A stretch of 32,000 nt of DNA from Pseudodesulfovibrio piezophilus C1TLV30 (lineage in GTDB: Bacteria > Desulfobacterota > Desulfovibrionia > Desulfovibrionales > Desulfovibrionaceae), in assembly GCF_000341895.1 (NCBI RefSeq), contig NC_020409.1, forward strand, positions 1,140,001 to 1,172,000. The letters run 5' to 3'. Below the pieces are notes generated by a model. It saw only the letters and a list, made by a program, of their open reading frames with translations, made no database searches and was not told the DNA's origin. Positions 9,649-18,635 of the stretch are shown piece after piece. A program made the position numbers and the translations under genes. Numbering within the stretch: the stretch's first letter is position 1; every line of letters starts with the position of its first letter.

Positions 9649-10056
9649 TTATTTGATCAATTCGCCAATAACAAATGAGTCAAGCTTTTCGAACATGCAT
9701 CGTGTCGTTTCAACCCATATATTTCGAGTCAAGCATCCCTCGGCCATGGGGCACCCTTCACAATCGTTATCCGCGCATGCACAATCATCGTACTTTGGCG
9801 GGCATTCCATGATGCGCACAATGTCTCCCACTGTGATGTCAGTCGCTGGAATCGCAAGAGTATGCCCTCCCTGTGGACCACGACGACTGACGATGAGTCC
9901 GGCTTTACGCAATTCTCGAATCAATTTTTCAAGATATTTTAGTGGAATATCCTGCCGTTCAGCAATATCACGACTCAACACTGGTCCGTGTTGCCCATGC
10001 ACGGCAATATCAAGGACCATTCTCGTGGCGTATCTGCTTTTGGTCGTTATGCGCAT
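9649..10056 (-). CDS. rrf2: Rrf2-family (IscR/NsrR-like) transcriptional regulator, hmc-operon associated
   Basis: Start taken at MRITTKSRYATRMVLDIA (ATG 10054-10056), the canonical Rrf2 N-terminus with a winged HTH. The C-terminal region is Cys-rich. The position downstream of hmcF matches rrf2 of the D. vulgaris hmc operon. Confidence 0.9.
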   Translation of the reverse strand: MRITTKSRYATRMVLDIAVHGQHGPVLSRDIAERQDIPLKYLEKLIRELRKAGLIVSRRGPQGGHTLAIPATDITVGDIVRIMECPPKYDDCACADNDCEGCPMAEGCLTRNIWVETTRCMFEKLDSFVIGELIK

Positions 10057-10178
10057 GGTTTCTTCGTGGAAATCGTCGAGCCGTGAAATATGAAAAAGGC
10101 AGTCTTGACATCGCATGGACCGCGAAAAGACATACGCTCTTTCGGATTGACTCTGAATCTACTGAGTTAAATATCCGA

Positions 10179-10198
10179 CCCGGCGAAGAGTCGCCGGG
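10179..10198 (-). terminator. GC hairpin between hmcF and rrf2 (possible partial terminator/attenuator)
   Basis: cccggcga-agag-tcgccggg: 8-bp stem with a 4-nt loop, 27 nt after the hmcF stop. On the - strand it is followed by tcggatattt, which is only a weak U-tract. Confidence 0.35.
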
Positions 10199-10224
10199 CC
10201 GGTTCAATGACATCGGGAGGAGCG

Positions 10225-11622
10225 TTATTCCTCTTCTTCCTTGGGCTTCAAATGATCAGGCACAAGAGCCATTTCGATCAACAGAGGCTTGAGGAAAGAC
10301 CACTTGATACCAATCTCGTACTCTTCTTCAAGATCACGAATCGCATCCCAGCAGTTATGGCATGGGGCAATGACAAGTTCTGCCCCGGTTTCAATAATCT
10401 GGTCACGCTTCTTACGAAGCGCCACATTACGTTGTGGGCGGTATTTACCGACACCGTTGAAACCACCGCCGCCGCCGCAGCAGTAGTTGTGCTCACGCCG
10501 ATCAGCCATCTCAATGAAATACTCGGGCTCAACGATGTAAGACATGATTTCACGAGTGATATCGGCAAGACCGTGATTACGGACATAGTTACAGGAATCC
10601 TGGAGCGTCACAGGACGTTTCAACCGCTTGGCCGGATCAATTTTGAGCCGACCGGTTCGAAGCACCTCAGCGACCCATTCCACATAGTGAATATAAGGAC
10701 GAGGCGGCAACCCGTCTGGACGACCGGCCCAATACGGACCTTCAATGACGGTGGCACGGTGGGCGTGTCCGCACTCGGTGCCAACCACTCGCTTCGGCTT
10801 GAGGCGCTCGATTGCTTCATAGACAGTCTTGACCTGCATTGTGCAGGCTTCCCAATCCCCTGCAAACATGGAAAGAGACGTCTGTTCCCATCCCTGACTG
10901 GGCATGGTCCAATTTTCTCCGGTCAAATGAAACAAAATCGCAGCCTCGGCAATATCCTCGGGATAATGCTTTGGTTCGCGAGCGTTGAGGGTGTACATAA
11001 TATCCGCGCCTTCCACATCCATGGGAATTTTCAGGCCCGGCCACTCCTCTTCGGTCTCCTCTTCCATCCATTCGCATGTCTCGACCCAGTCTTCTTCAGT
11101 GACATTCATCTGAGCGCGATACACGCGGTGCATCCCCGCGCCGATCTTCAGTTCCCATGGGAAAAAACCCTGAGAATTGAGCAGACCGCGCAAGTAGCTG
11201 AACATCACCCCCATATCTATACCGTGCGGGCAATAATGCCCACAGCGGTTGCAACAGGTGCACTGGGACCAAGCGACATCCATGCAATGACGCATGAATT
11301 CGTTCGTCACATTACCATTTTTGCGAACAATCTCGCCCAGTGTAGACTGAATCTTGTAGGCAGGGACCTGCTTGGGGTCTTTATCATTCACTTCATACAG
11401 GAAGCAGGCATCAGCGCAGAGGCCACAATGGGCACACATTTCAAGCCAGGTCTTGAGCCTGGACTTGAGAGTCGCTTTCAAAGACGCCTGGAGCTTCTCG
11501 ACATCAACGTCGAGTTCTTCCATTTCTTTATAATATTGCTTGCCACCGGTATCCGCAAGCACCTCTGAAAGGTACTCTTCGGTATTAATCGGGGTTCTAT
11601 TGCACAGCTTTCCTTCAGGCAT
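10225..11622 (-). CDS. hmcF: HmcF, cytoplasmic Fe-S protein (HdrD/DsrK-like, CCG domains)
   Basis: 465 aa. Ferredoxin-type [11 protein letters not shown] and [12 protein letters not shown] motifs plus the CCG-domain signature [17 protein letters not shown]. It is the last structural gene of the hmc cluster. Confidence 0.9.
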   Translation of the reverse strand: MPEGKLCNRTPINTEEYLSEVLADTGGKQYYKEMEELDVDVEKLQASLKATLKSRLKTWLEMCAHCGLCADACFLYEVNDKDPKQVPAYKIQSTLGEIVRKNGNVTNEFMRHCMDVAWSQCTCCNRCGHYCPHGIDMGVMFSYLRGLLNSQGFFPWELKIGAGMHRVYRAQMNVTEEDWVETCEWMEEETEEEWPGLKIPMDVEGADIMYTLNAREPKHYPEDIAEAAILFHLTGENWTMPSQGWEQTSLSMFAGDWEACTMQVKTVYEAIERLKPKRVVGTECGHAHRATVIEGPYWAGRPDGLPPRPYIHYVEWVAEVLRTGRLKIDPAKRLKRPVTLQDSCNYVRNHGLADITREIMSYIVEPEYFIEMADRREHNYCCGGGGGFNGVGKYRPQRNVALRKKRDQIIETGAELVIAPCHNCWDAIRDLEEEYEIGIKWSFLKPLLIEMALVPDHLKPKEEEE

Positions 11623-11646
11623 TTTGCTTCTCCTTGTTCGCTCGAC

Positions 11647-12324
11647 CTACCAGTCGAAGCTCTTGTACTTCATGCCGCCGCGCTTGATGCCGAAGTCCAT
11701 GCCGAGCTGGGCACGGGTCCAGAAAAAGCCCACAGCGTGGAACAGCTTGGTAAACGGCAAAAGCACGATCCAAGCCAAACCACTGACGATGTGAACAAGC
11801 AGCCAGAAGTTGTAATCGCCGATCTCATGCACGACCAGATAGCCGGAAAGAAACGGAGCGATGGAAACGAGGAGCACAAACCAATCCTTCGCATCGGTAA
11901 TGATGCGAACCTCAGGCAGGATCATGCGGCGTATGGCAATACACGCGGCCGCTACCAACATGGCGACAGTCCAGAAATCCGCCGCCCCCATGGAAATAGT
12001 GGGCCAGGAAATGCCAAAACGCTCCTGCAAGATGACAGCGTGCCCTGCCAGGAATAACGGAACACCCAGCAGGCCGATGTGGAACACGAAAAACATGATC
12101 GTGAATCCGGGTTTTGCTCTCCAGCTATGATTGCCGAAGGGAATGAGAAAAGCCAGGATAGAGCGGATGGCTCCCTTGGCACCGGCTGCGGGATGTGCGG
12201 AATACGCCACACGATCCAGCTTCCAGCTCAGGCCTTTGATGAAGAATATGGTACGGGTAATCATACCGACAATGGCGATGGCACAAACCAGCCAGAGGAT
12301 CGGTCCCGTTAACAGTTCATACAT
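11647..12324 (-). CDS. hmcE: HmcE, integral membrane b-type cytochrome (NarI/DsrM-like)
   Basis: 225 aa with about 5 TM helices and conserved His residues in the helices (FHIGLL, HAVIL, HIVSG). It sits between hmcD and hmcF. Confidence 0.85.
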   Translation of the reverse strand: MYELLTGPILWLVCAIAIVGMITRTIFFIKGLSWKLDRVAYSAHPAAGAKGAIRSILAFLIPFGNHSWRAKPGFTIMFFVFHIGLLGVPLFLAGHAVILQERFGISWPTISMGAADFWTVAMLVAAACIAIRRMILPEVRIITDAKDWFVLLVSIAPFLSGYLVVHEIGDYNFWLLVHIVSGLAWIVLLPFTKLFHAVGFFWTRAQLGMDFGIKRGGMKYKSFDW

Positions 12325-12348
12325 GGTTTAACTCCTCGTATGCTGCCG

Positions 12349-12480
12349 TTAGTCTTTGTCCCTGCTGAACAGGAACTTCCAGTAGGCCACGAAGACCACG
12401 AGCGACGCACCCATTAGAATATATACCCACCCTTTGGTGGCGAGCAAAAAATCCTGCAAGGTATAAATTGCATGTTCCAT
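12349..12480 (-). CDS. hmcD: HmcD, 43-aa single-pass membrane protein (not in supplied ORF track)
   Basis: Hand translation of the - strand gives MEHAIYTLQDFLLATKGWVYILMGASLVVFVAYWKFLFSRDKD*. ATG at 12478-12480 is preceded by AGGAGG (ccttaggaggacgacaaaATG); stop TAA at 12349-12351. One hydrophobic helix. It fills the hmcC-hmcE gap exactly where the small hmcD lies in D. vulgaris. Confidence 0.75.
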   Translation of the reverse strand: MEHAIYTLQDFLLATKGWVYILMGASLVVFVAYWKFLFSRDKD

Positions 12481-12499
12481 TTTGTCGTCCTCCTAAGGA

Positions 12500-13675
12500 T
12501 TAATGTTCATCCTTGTAATCCGGGTGATCATAAAAGATCGGCGTCTTACTGGCGATGAACTTAAAGGTTACGACGAGCATGGTGCAGACGAACAGCGTCA
12601 CACAGATCTCCTGCCAGCTCGGGACATATCGCATCTCGGAAGGCAGGCGATAATTGAAGGCTATCAGTGACACGTTGAGACGATTGAGGACAATGCCCAG
12701 AACAGTCAGTAACGCAGTCCACCGGATCAGCTTGAGGTTCTTCTCCCGCGCGCCAATGGCGTACAGAAAGGACGGCAACAGGACAAAACCCAGCACCTCG
12801 AACAGGAACCACTCGCCCCAGCCGGTGAACAGAAGATGCCACTCATTATCAGCGGCAATGCCGATCACCTTGATGAAGAAGTAGCCCATGAGCACCCAGG
12901 AAGCACCTTTGGCAAATCCATAGTACAGGTCGTCATGCTGCCCCAAATATTCCTCACTCATCTTGCCATGCAACGTTGAGGAGCCATGGGACAGCCAGCC
13001 TTCCAGCATGACCATGGAAAGCCCCGCCGCTACCGACGAAACAAAGAACTGTGTCGGCAGATAGCTGGAATACCAGAGAGGATGCAGTTTCGAAGGGGCA
13101 ATGATATACAATGCGCCGAGCGAAGACTGATGCAGTGTGGAGAGCACAACGCCGAAAACAGTCAGGGCGATGGTGCACTTGTGAATCATCTTTCTGAGTC
13201 TTTTCTGGCCGAAGAATTCAAGAGCGGCCGGAGAAAACTCCAGAAACAGGACGGTCAGATACAAGGCAACACACAAACCGACTTCGAAAAGCATGGATGT
13301 GGTGCCCCGGGAAACCGCGAACGGATAAGGCAAACGCCAGGGGCGGCCCAGGTCATACTGCAATGCCACAACGACAAAGAGATACCCGAGAAACGCGGTC
13401 AGGATAGCCGGGCGCACAGCCGCGTGATGTTTCTTCATGCCGAAGAGATACACAGCAGAAGAAGTGACATAGCCACCTGCCGCCAGAGCGACTCCGCAGA
13501 GCAGGTCGAATCCGATCCAGATACCCCAGGGGTTATTGTTATCAAGGTTTGTCACGGCCCCGATTCCCCAGCCAAAGCGCCACACAGTCAGTCCGGCACC
13601 AAGAATGAGGATCAATCCGGCAATGACATTGAACGGAGTGAACAGTGATTGTTTGGTTTGGGCTTCAGTCGTCAT
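12500..13675 (-). CDS. hmcC: HmcC, NrfD/PsrC-family integral membrane quinone-interacting subunit
   Basis: 391 aa, about 10 TM helices, NrfD-like. The ATG directly abuts the hmcB stop (TAAATG junction at 13673-13678). Confidence 0.88.
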   Translation of the reverse strand: MTTEAQTKQSLFTPFNVIAGLILILGAGLTVWRFGWGIGAVTNLDNNNPWGIWIGFDLLCGVALAAGGYVTSSAVYLFGMKKHHAAVRPAILTAFLGYLFVVVALQYDLGRPWRLPYPFAVSRGTTSMLFEVGLCVALYLTVLFLEFSPAALEFFGQKRLRKMIHKCTIALTVFGVVLSTLHQSSLGALYIIAPSKLHPLWYSSYLPTQFFVSSVAAGLSMVMLEGWLSHGSSTLHGKMSEEYLGQHDDLYYGFAKGASWVLMGYFFIKVIGIAADNEWHLLFTGWGEWFLFEVLGFVLLPSFLYAIGAREKNLKLIRWTALLTVLGIVLNRLNVSLIAFNYRLPSEMRYVPSWQEICVTLFVCTMLVVTFKFIASKTPIFYDHPDYKDEH

Positions 13676-14746
13676 TTATGCGCCCTCCTCTTCCTTTTCG
13701 CCATCGCCTTCTTCGGCAGCCTTCAAGGCTTCCTCCACGGCTTTAGCGACTTCACGTTTCACAGTGGCTTCCTTGTCGTTGGCGGCGCGCACCATAGCGG
13801 CCTTCATATCGGCGTTGGCCTTTTCCTGTGTCTGTGTAATGGCCTCGGCAACGGCGTCGGCCTTTTCCTTCTTATTGATCTTGTCTGTCCGCGTCGTGAT
13901 GCCATAGACACCTGCCAACAACAGGGGCCACAAGGCAGGAACCATGGCAACAACGGACAAAGCGCCCGAGTTTAATTCCGGCCCGGATTTTACCCCGAGA
14001 TCTTCACGCATACCGATCTGCTCAAAGGGAACACCAGAGAGGTAAAGCCAGCTCGTGCCGCCCACTTCATGCTCGCCATAGAGATGATCAATGTATTTTT
14101 CAGGATTGGCTTCGATCCGATTACGCGCGATCTTGATAAGTTCATCACGTTCTCCATAGATCAATGCCTCTTTGGGGCAACTGGCAACGCATCCGGGCAT
14201 GCTGACCTTACCGCCTTTGATGTGCGGTTCGCACAGATGGCATTTGATAACTTTGGGAGTAATCGGATCGTTATAGGTATAAGTCGGTATCTCGAAAGGA
14301 CAGGCGACCATGCAGTATCGGCAGCCGACACAAAGGGATTCGTCATATGTGACGGCCCCGGAAGGTTGCTTCTTGAACGCCTTGACAAAGCAGGCAGATG
14401 CACAGGATGGCTCCAGGCAATGCATGCACTGAATCTTCCTGAACACGGACTGTCCATCCGGCTCTGTGTATTTATTGACAACGGTATAGGCATCGTTCTC
14501 GGTACGCCGAGGCGTCTCGAGAACCGAGAGATCAGTAAACGGCTTTTCCGGTTTGGCCAGACCATTGATCTCGTTGCAGCCCGCTTCACACTTGCGACAC
14601 CCGATGCAGCGCGTGGCATCGAAGAGCACGCCCTTGCTTCCCGGATATCCTTCAAAGTGTACATTTCCAGCGGCTTGAGCCTTGGTCGGGAGTGCGGCGG
14701 AAATGCCCGCCGCTCCCATCAGGCCGAGGAAGTTTCTTCGTTTCAT
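13676..14746 (-). CDS. hmcB: HmcB, Tat-exported 4x[4Fe-4S] ferredoxin-like subunit with C-terminal membrane anchor
   Basis: Twin-arginine signal MKRRNFLGLMGAAGISAAL. Cys clusters CIGCRKCEAGC, CMHCLEPSCASAC and CVGCRYCMVACP. A TM helix (VVAMVPALWPLLLAGVYGI) is followed by a charged Ala/Glu/Lys-rich tail. Confidence 0.9.
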   Translation of the reverse strand: MKRRNFLGLMGAAGISAALPTKAQAAGNVHFEGYPGSKGVLFDATRCIGCRKCEAGCNEINGLAKPEKPFTDLSVLETPRRTENDAYTVVNKYTEPDGQSVFRKIQCMHCLEPSCASACFVKAFKKQPSGAVTYDESLCVGCRYCMVACPFEIPTYTYNDPITPKVIKCHLCEPHIKGGKVSMPGCVASCPKEALIYGERDELIKIARNRIEANPEKYIDHLYGEHEVGGTSWLYLSGVPFEQIGMREDLGVKSGPELNSGALSVVAMVPALWPLLLAGVYGITTRTDKINKKEKADAVAEAITQTQEKANADMKAAMVRAANDKEATVKREVAKAVEEALKAAEEGDGEKEEEGA

Positions 14747-14780
14747 GGATGACTCCTAGTGTATTTTCACCGGGTTCGGA

Positions 14781-16364
14781 TTACTTCTTCTTGTGGCAGC
14801 CTTGAGCATCGTCGCACGTCGTGGAGACGGGCTTCTCAAGCTTCATGGCTGCGTGACAACCCATGCACTGACCGTGGTATGCGGCCTTCAAACCTGGCAT
14901 GTCGGGCCGTTCTGGATTGAACGGAGCGCCATGGCAGCTTGAGCATTTGGGCGGTGTTTTGGACGCCGGGCTGTTATGATGACATCCCTGACAGACAAGC
15001 GTCTCCTGACCATGGAAGTAACCAGCCATCGTATCGCCCTGCATCTCCTTGATTAGTCGTTTGACAATCTTGCGATGCGGGAGCGTGCTCGGCCCGAACT
15101 GGTCGGACAGGGAATCGATGACAACTTTTTCCGGAATATCGGCATCCGAGATGGTCGCCACATCGTGATTACGCATGGCGAGAGCGGCTGCGGCTTCGGC
15201 TTTCACGACATCCTTTTCGGGCAATTTGCCATCCACATATAATCCGGTAAGGGATGCTTCGTGGCATTTGGCGCAGGTCGCCTTGTTCGGAGCCTTGTTT
15301 TCAGCCATTTGGCTATGACACCCGGCACAGACTGCTTTCTCTTCCTGTCTGGTCTTGTGGCAACCAATACATCCCTGCATGTTTGTCTTTAGATGCATGT
15401 CACCGGCTTGTTCAAAGAACTTGCCATCCATGGAGCCTTCACCCACATGGCAGGAACGGCAGTCCTTCAGGTACGTTTCATGCTTGGCATGATCAAAAGG
15501 AACAGGACCAATATTCGACATGGCCTTACCGTTCTTGACGGCAACCAGCAACGTGACATCAGGTTGTCCACGCTTGAGACGGGGGACGTCGTTGACAATC
15601 TTGATATCAGCCTGCTTCGCGGCAGTGTGACACCCTTCACAACGGATCGGGCCGGATTCCAACTTCTTGGCCGTGAAATCCTTATGGCAGGAAACACACG
15701 CAGTATGTGCAACCTGATCAAATGAAGGAACAGTCAGATCAGCCGATTTCACTGTCGGCTCTGCCATATGACAATTACGACAATTCTGTTCCTTACCTTT
15801 GGCAGGAACGAGCTTTTTGGCCGTTTCGTCGTAGACATGGTGACAGGTGTCACACTTTTCTTCGCCACCGGTCGCCTTGATGTGACGATAGTGAAGCGAC
15901 TTGTCCATTGTGATAGACGTCCAGTCACTCTTGGCTGGCTTGGTGGTGTGACAGGAACGGCACTGGCCGTCCAGGGGACCGGACTTCTGACCGGCATCGA
16001 TCATGTCCTTGTGGCATCCAATACACTCGGTATGATAGATGCTTTTGATGGTGTCTGGGTCATCATCGACCAGACGCTTGAATTTGATGGAAAGTTTTCC
16101 TTTGGAATCCTTTTCGTGACATGTCGCACAGTCCTTGCCCTGTTTGGCAAGGGCATCAGCGTGCATGTCATGATAAAAGGTTACCACGGGCAGTTCAAGC
16201 TTTTCGAACTTTGCCAGCGTATCGATAGTCACGGCGTCGGCTCGCGCCTCAGAGGCGGCCTTTGCCTGTGCGTCCAGGCCATGGGCCTCCAGACAGACGA
16301 TCGATGTCGCAGCGAACACGAAAAGGATTCCAGCCCAAAATAGCAGTCGTCTTCCTTTCTCCAT
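14781..16364 (-). CDS. hmcA: HmcA, high-molecular-weight multihaem cytochrome c
   Basis: 527 aa. Sec signal peptide, 14 CxxCH motifs plus a terminal CDDAQGCH, and many spare His for bis-His ligation. It is the first gene of the hmcABCDEF order. Confidence 0.93.
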   Translation of the reverse strand: MEKGRRLLFWAGILFVFAATSIVCLEAHGLDAQAKAASEARADAVTIDTLAKFEKLELPVVTFYHDMHADALAKQGKDCATCHEKDSKGKLSIKFKRLVDDDPDTIKSIYHTECIGCHKDMIDAGQKSGPLDGQCRSCHTTKPAKSDWTSITMDKSLHYRHIKATGGEEKCDTCHHVYDETAKKLVPAKGKEQNCRNCHMAEPTVKSADLTVPSFDQVAHTACVSCHKDFTAKKLESGPIRCEGCHTAAKQADIKIVNDVPRLKRGQPDVTLLVAVKNGKAMSNIGPVPFDHAKHETYLKDCRSCHVGEGSMDGKFFEQAGDMHLKTNMQGCIGCHKTRQEEKAVCAGCHSQMAENKAPNKATCAKCHEASLTGLYVDGKLPEKDVVKAEAAAALAMRNHDVATISDADIPEKVVIDSLSDQFGPSTLPHRKIVKRLIKEMQGDTMAGYFHGQETLVCQGCHHNSPASKTPPKCSSCHGAPFNPERPDMPGLKAAYHGQCMGCHAAMKLEKPVSTTCDDAQGCHKKK

Positions 16365-17200
16365 AACGCATTCCTTAATAAGTTAGTGGAATACTATGCA
16401 CCCTCTCCAACCAACTGCCCCAAAGCCGCGCGCTTGCTGTACGATGCGTACGCGCCACCGACACCCGAACAGGCGAAACACTTCGCCTAAACGGTCGCCG
16501 AGGCATCTCACAGGTTGCAGCAATGCGCGGACGGCGCCAGTGCAACGAGCCCTCAATCCAGGCATTTATTCAACCGAAGTTTCGACAAGACGCACCTGTA
16601 GAACAGACGCAACACGCGAATCGACCGGGTGATAAAAACCCTTTGTCCATGAGACAGATTTGCTTGAGATTAGCCCCTCAGCTAATTTCAGTTCGCAACC
16701 GACGCTCTGCGCCCCCGCTCCTTTTCCCCTCGGAACACGGTGCATATCGTCTTTACGAATTGAGCTTAAAAACAGAGTGTTACGTCTATTTTTGCCCCAA
16801 GCTCAATAACCCTGCCTATTCAGCAGGATTGATTCTATACCGAACTGGTATACAACCATCAAGATATCGTCAAGTCATTCCCGGTAAAAAACACGCCCTC
16901 TATACAACCGACCGGAATAATTTCGCCTTTCCCGTGTTCTGAAAAACAGCCACCCTTCATGGCCGTGTGTGCATTCAGATTTATCGCATAAAGTGCTTTA
17001 TTTCATACCTTTATAGTCTGAAATGATTCATCTCCTTTTTGGTAGACAATCTCCAATTCCGCGTCAAGAAGGAAAACTATCATCGCCCTTTTTTTGTAAA
17101 AGAGATATGCTCATTTCAATTTTACCGGTTGCACCAAAAGTGTTCACATGGACACATCCATATTCAAAAAAGGTTTGCCAAACCTACGGACAGCCATACC

Positions 17201-18619
17201 ATGAATGCAAAATCGGAAATGTCTCCTCAAACATGCCGCCTCTCTTCCATGCACAAACTGCAAAGGTGGAGTCCTCTTTTCCTTTGCCTCGCTTCCCATC
17301 GAGGACGGTCTTTCTGCTTCGCCCTTGTTGCCAGTGCGCTTCTTGCCTTGACTCTGCCACTGGTCAACATTGTGTTCATTTACCCCGCTTTTACAGAAGT
17401 CTTCGTACAAGGACTCGAGCGGGATGCCACTCGAATCGGCGAATATATCCTTCCACCTTCCTTGAAAAATACCGAACTTCGACCGGGAGTAATGACCAAC
17501 CGTTTTTTTGCCGACATATACAAACTCGAGCAAAGCTTCGGCCTGCTCAGAGTGCGAGTGTTCTCCTCCAGTGGCGAAGTCATTTATTCAGACGAACCAA
17601 CGGATATCGGCCATCTCCATGATAAACCATACTTTCACGAACACCTTCTCAAAGGCGAGACCTACAGCAAACTTATTGTCAAGAACACAACAGACCTGGA
17701 TGGAAAAACCGTCACTCTTGATGTCATAGAAATATATGTTCCATTTCTCAATGGAGACAAATTCCTCGGCGCTTTTGAAATGTACTATGATATCAGTGAA
17801 CGAATCAGCAGGCTGGAAACACTGCTTTTCTATTCGACTGCGGCGATGACGGTCATGGTTGCGGGACTTCTGGTCGCTCTGCTTTTTCTCCTCAAGAAGG
17901 AGGCAGCGCACCAACTTGAACGCATTCGGGCCGAACAACTGAAGGACGATATGGACAGAATCGTCCAACACGATCTCAAATCCCCCATAATCAGCATCCT
18001 GACCGGATTAACCTACCTTGACGAGTTCACGGAGATGACAGAAGAGCAAAGGGATATCATGACCGATATCAGGCAAGCTGCCAGCCGCTCCATGGACATG
18101 ATCAACCGAAGCCTGGATTTCTACAAAATGGAATCCGGCCAGTACCAATATATTCCGGGTCCCATGGATTTACTCACGATCGCCAACCGGGTCGTCAAGG
18201 ACCTCAGTGGATTTGCCGAAGCACGGGGAGTGGAGATGCTCGTCACATACAACGGCAGCATTCCCACGGACAAGGACGCCATGACTTTGGAAGCGGACGA
18301 TACCCTGTGTTATACAATTCTTGCCAATGTAATCAAAAATGGCATTGAAGCGTCCTCCCCCGGAGAACGAGTCACCGTTTCCCTGACTAATACAGAGTCA
18401 CTACAAGTCGTTGTTCACAACCAAAGAACCGTCCCGGAAGGAATCAGGCAGAGTTTCTTTGCAAAGGCAAGCACGGAAGGCAAGGCCTCGGGCACCGGAC
18501 TCGGGACATATTCTGCCAAGCTTATGACCGAAATCATGAATGGAACCATCACCATGAATACATCCGAGGAAAACGGCACCACGATAACCATGACTCTGCC
18601 CCGCCTCGGCCCTGAATAA
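17201..18619 (+). CDS. Membrane sensor histidine kinase (orphan; no adjacent response regulator)
   Basis: Two TM segments (FCFALVASALLALTLPLVNIVFIY and LLFYSTAAMTVMVAGLLVALLFLL) bracket a ~150-aa periplasmic domain. H-box is IVQHDLKSPIISI; HATPase_c motifs are NVIKNGIEAS and GTGLGTYSAKL. The start is uncertain: ATG 17201 is chosen, 17249 is possible, and the track start 17039 adds an implausible leader. Confidence 0.85.
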   Translation: MNAKSEMSPQTCRLSSMHKLQRWSPLFLCLASHRGRSFCFALVASALLALTLPLVNIVFIYPAFTEVFVQGLERDATRIGEYILPPSLKNTELRPGVMTNRFFADIYKLEQSFGLLRVRVFSSSGEVIYSDEPTDIGHLHDKPYFHEHLLKGETYSKLIVKNTTDLDGKTVTLDVIEIYVPFLNGDKFLGAFEMYYDISERISRLETLLFYSTAAMTVMVAGLLVALLFLLKKEAAHQLERIRAEQLKDDMDRIVQHDLKSPIISILTGLTYLDEFTEMTEEQRDIMTDIRQAASRSMDMINRSLDFYKMESGQYQYIPGPMDLLTIANRVVKDLSGFAEARGVEMLVTYNGSIPTDKDAMTLEADDTLCYTILANVIKNGIEASSPGERVTVSLTNTESLQVVVHNQRTVPEGIRQSFFAKASTEGKASGTGLGTYSAKLMTEIMNGTITMNTSEENGTTITMTLPRLGPE

Positions 18620-18635
18620 ACACAAGGAGAGTCCA

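Noticed and set aside
10057-10116. 20-aa N-terminal extension of rrf2
   Set aside because: Rrf2 proteins start at MRITTKSRYA-type sequences. The extension (MRCQDCLFHISRLDDFHEET) has no support.
10207-11568. 453-aa ORF on the + strand
   Set aside because: It is the antisense shadow of hmcF. The - strand frame carries clear ferredoxin Cys motifs and CCGGGGGF, while the + strand product is low-complexity with no motifs or RBS.
12986-16343. Several 190-230-aa + strand ORFs (12986-13648, 14069-14752, 15768-16343)
   Set aside because: All are antisense to hmcC, hmcB and hmcA respectively. Their translations are Arg/Gly-rich with no recognisable domains. The hmc frames are strongly supported.
16513-16539. 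Sigma54-type promoter upstream of hmcA (- strand TGGCGC-N5-GCGCA)
   Set aside because: Only the invariant GG/GC dinucleotides and their spacing match, and the -12 region deviates from TTGCW. With no enhancer-binding protein gene in the window, it is too weak to annotate as a feature. It is mentioned only inside the intergenic-region finding.
16396-16942. ORFs of 78 and 139 aa in the hmcA-kinase intergenic region, considered as a possible rrf1 or small regulator
   Set aside because: The translations are Arg/Pro/Cys/Thr-rich, with no receiver-domain motifs (no DD...D...K pattern), no RBS, and mutually overlapping frames. They are treated as non-coding.
17039-17200. 54-aa N-terminal extension of the histidine kinase
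   Set aside because: The extension is His/Lys/Phe-rich, lies in an AT-rich promoter-like sequence and has no RBS. The first TM helix follows the internal ATG at 17201.
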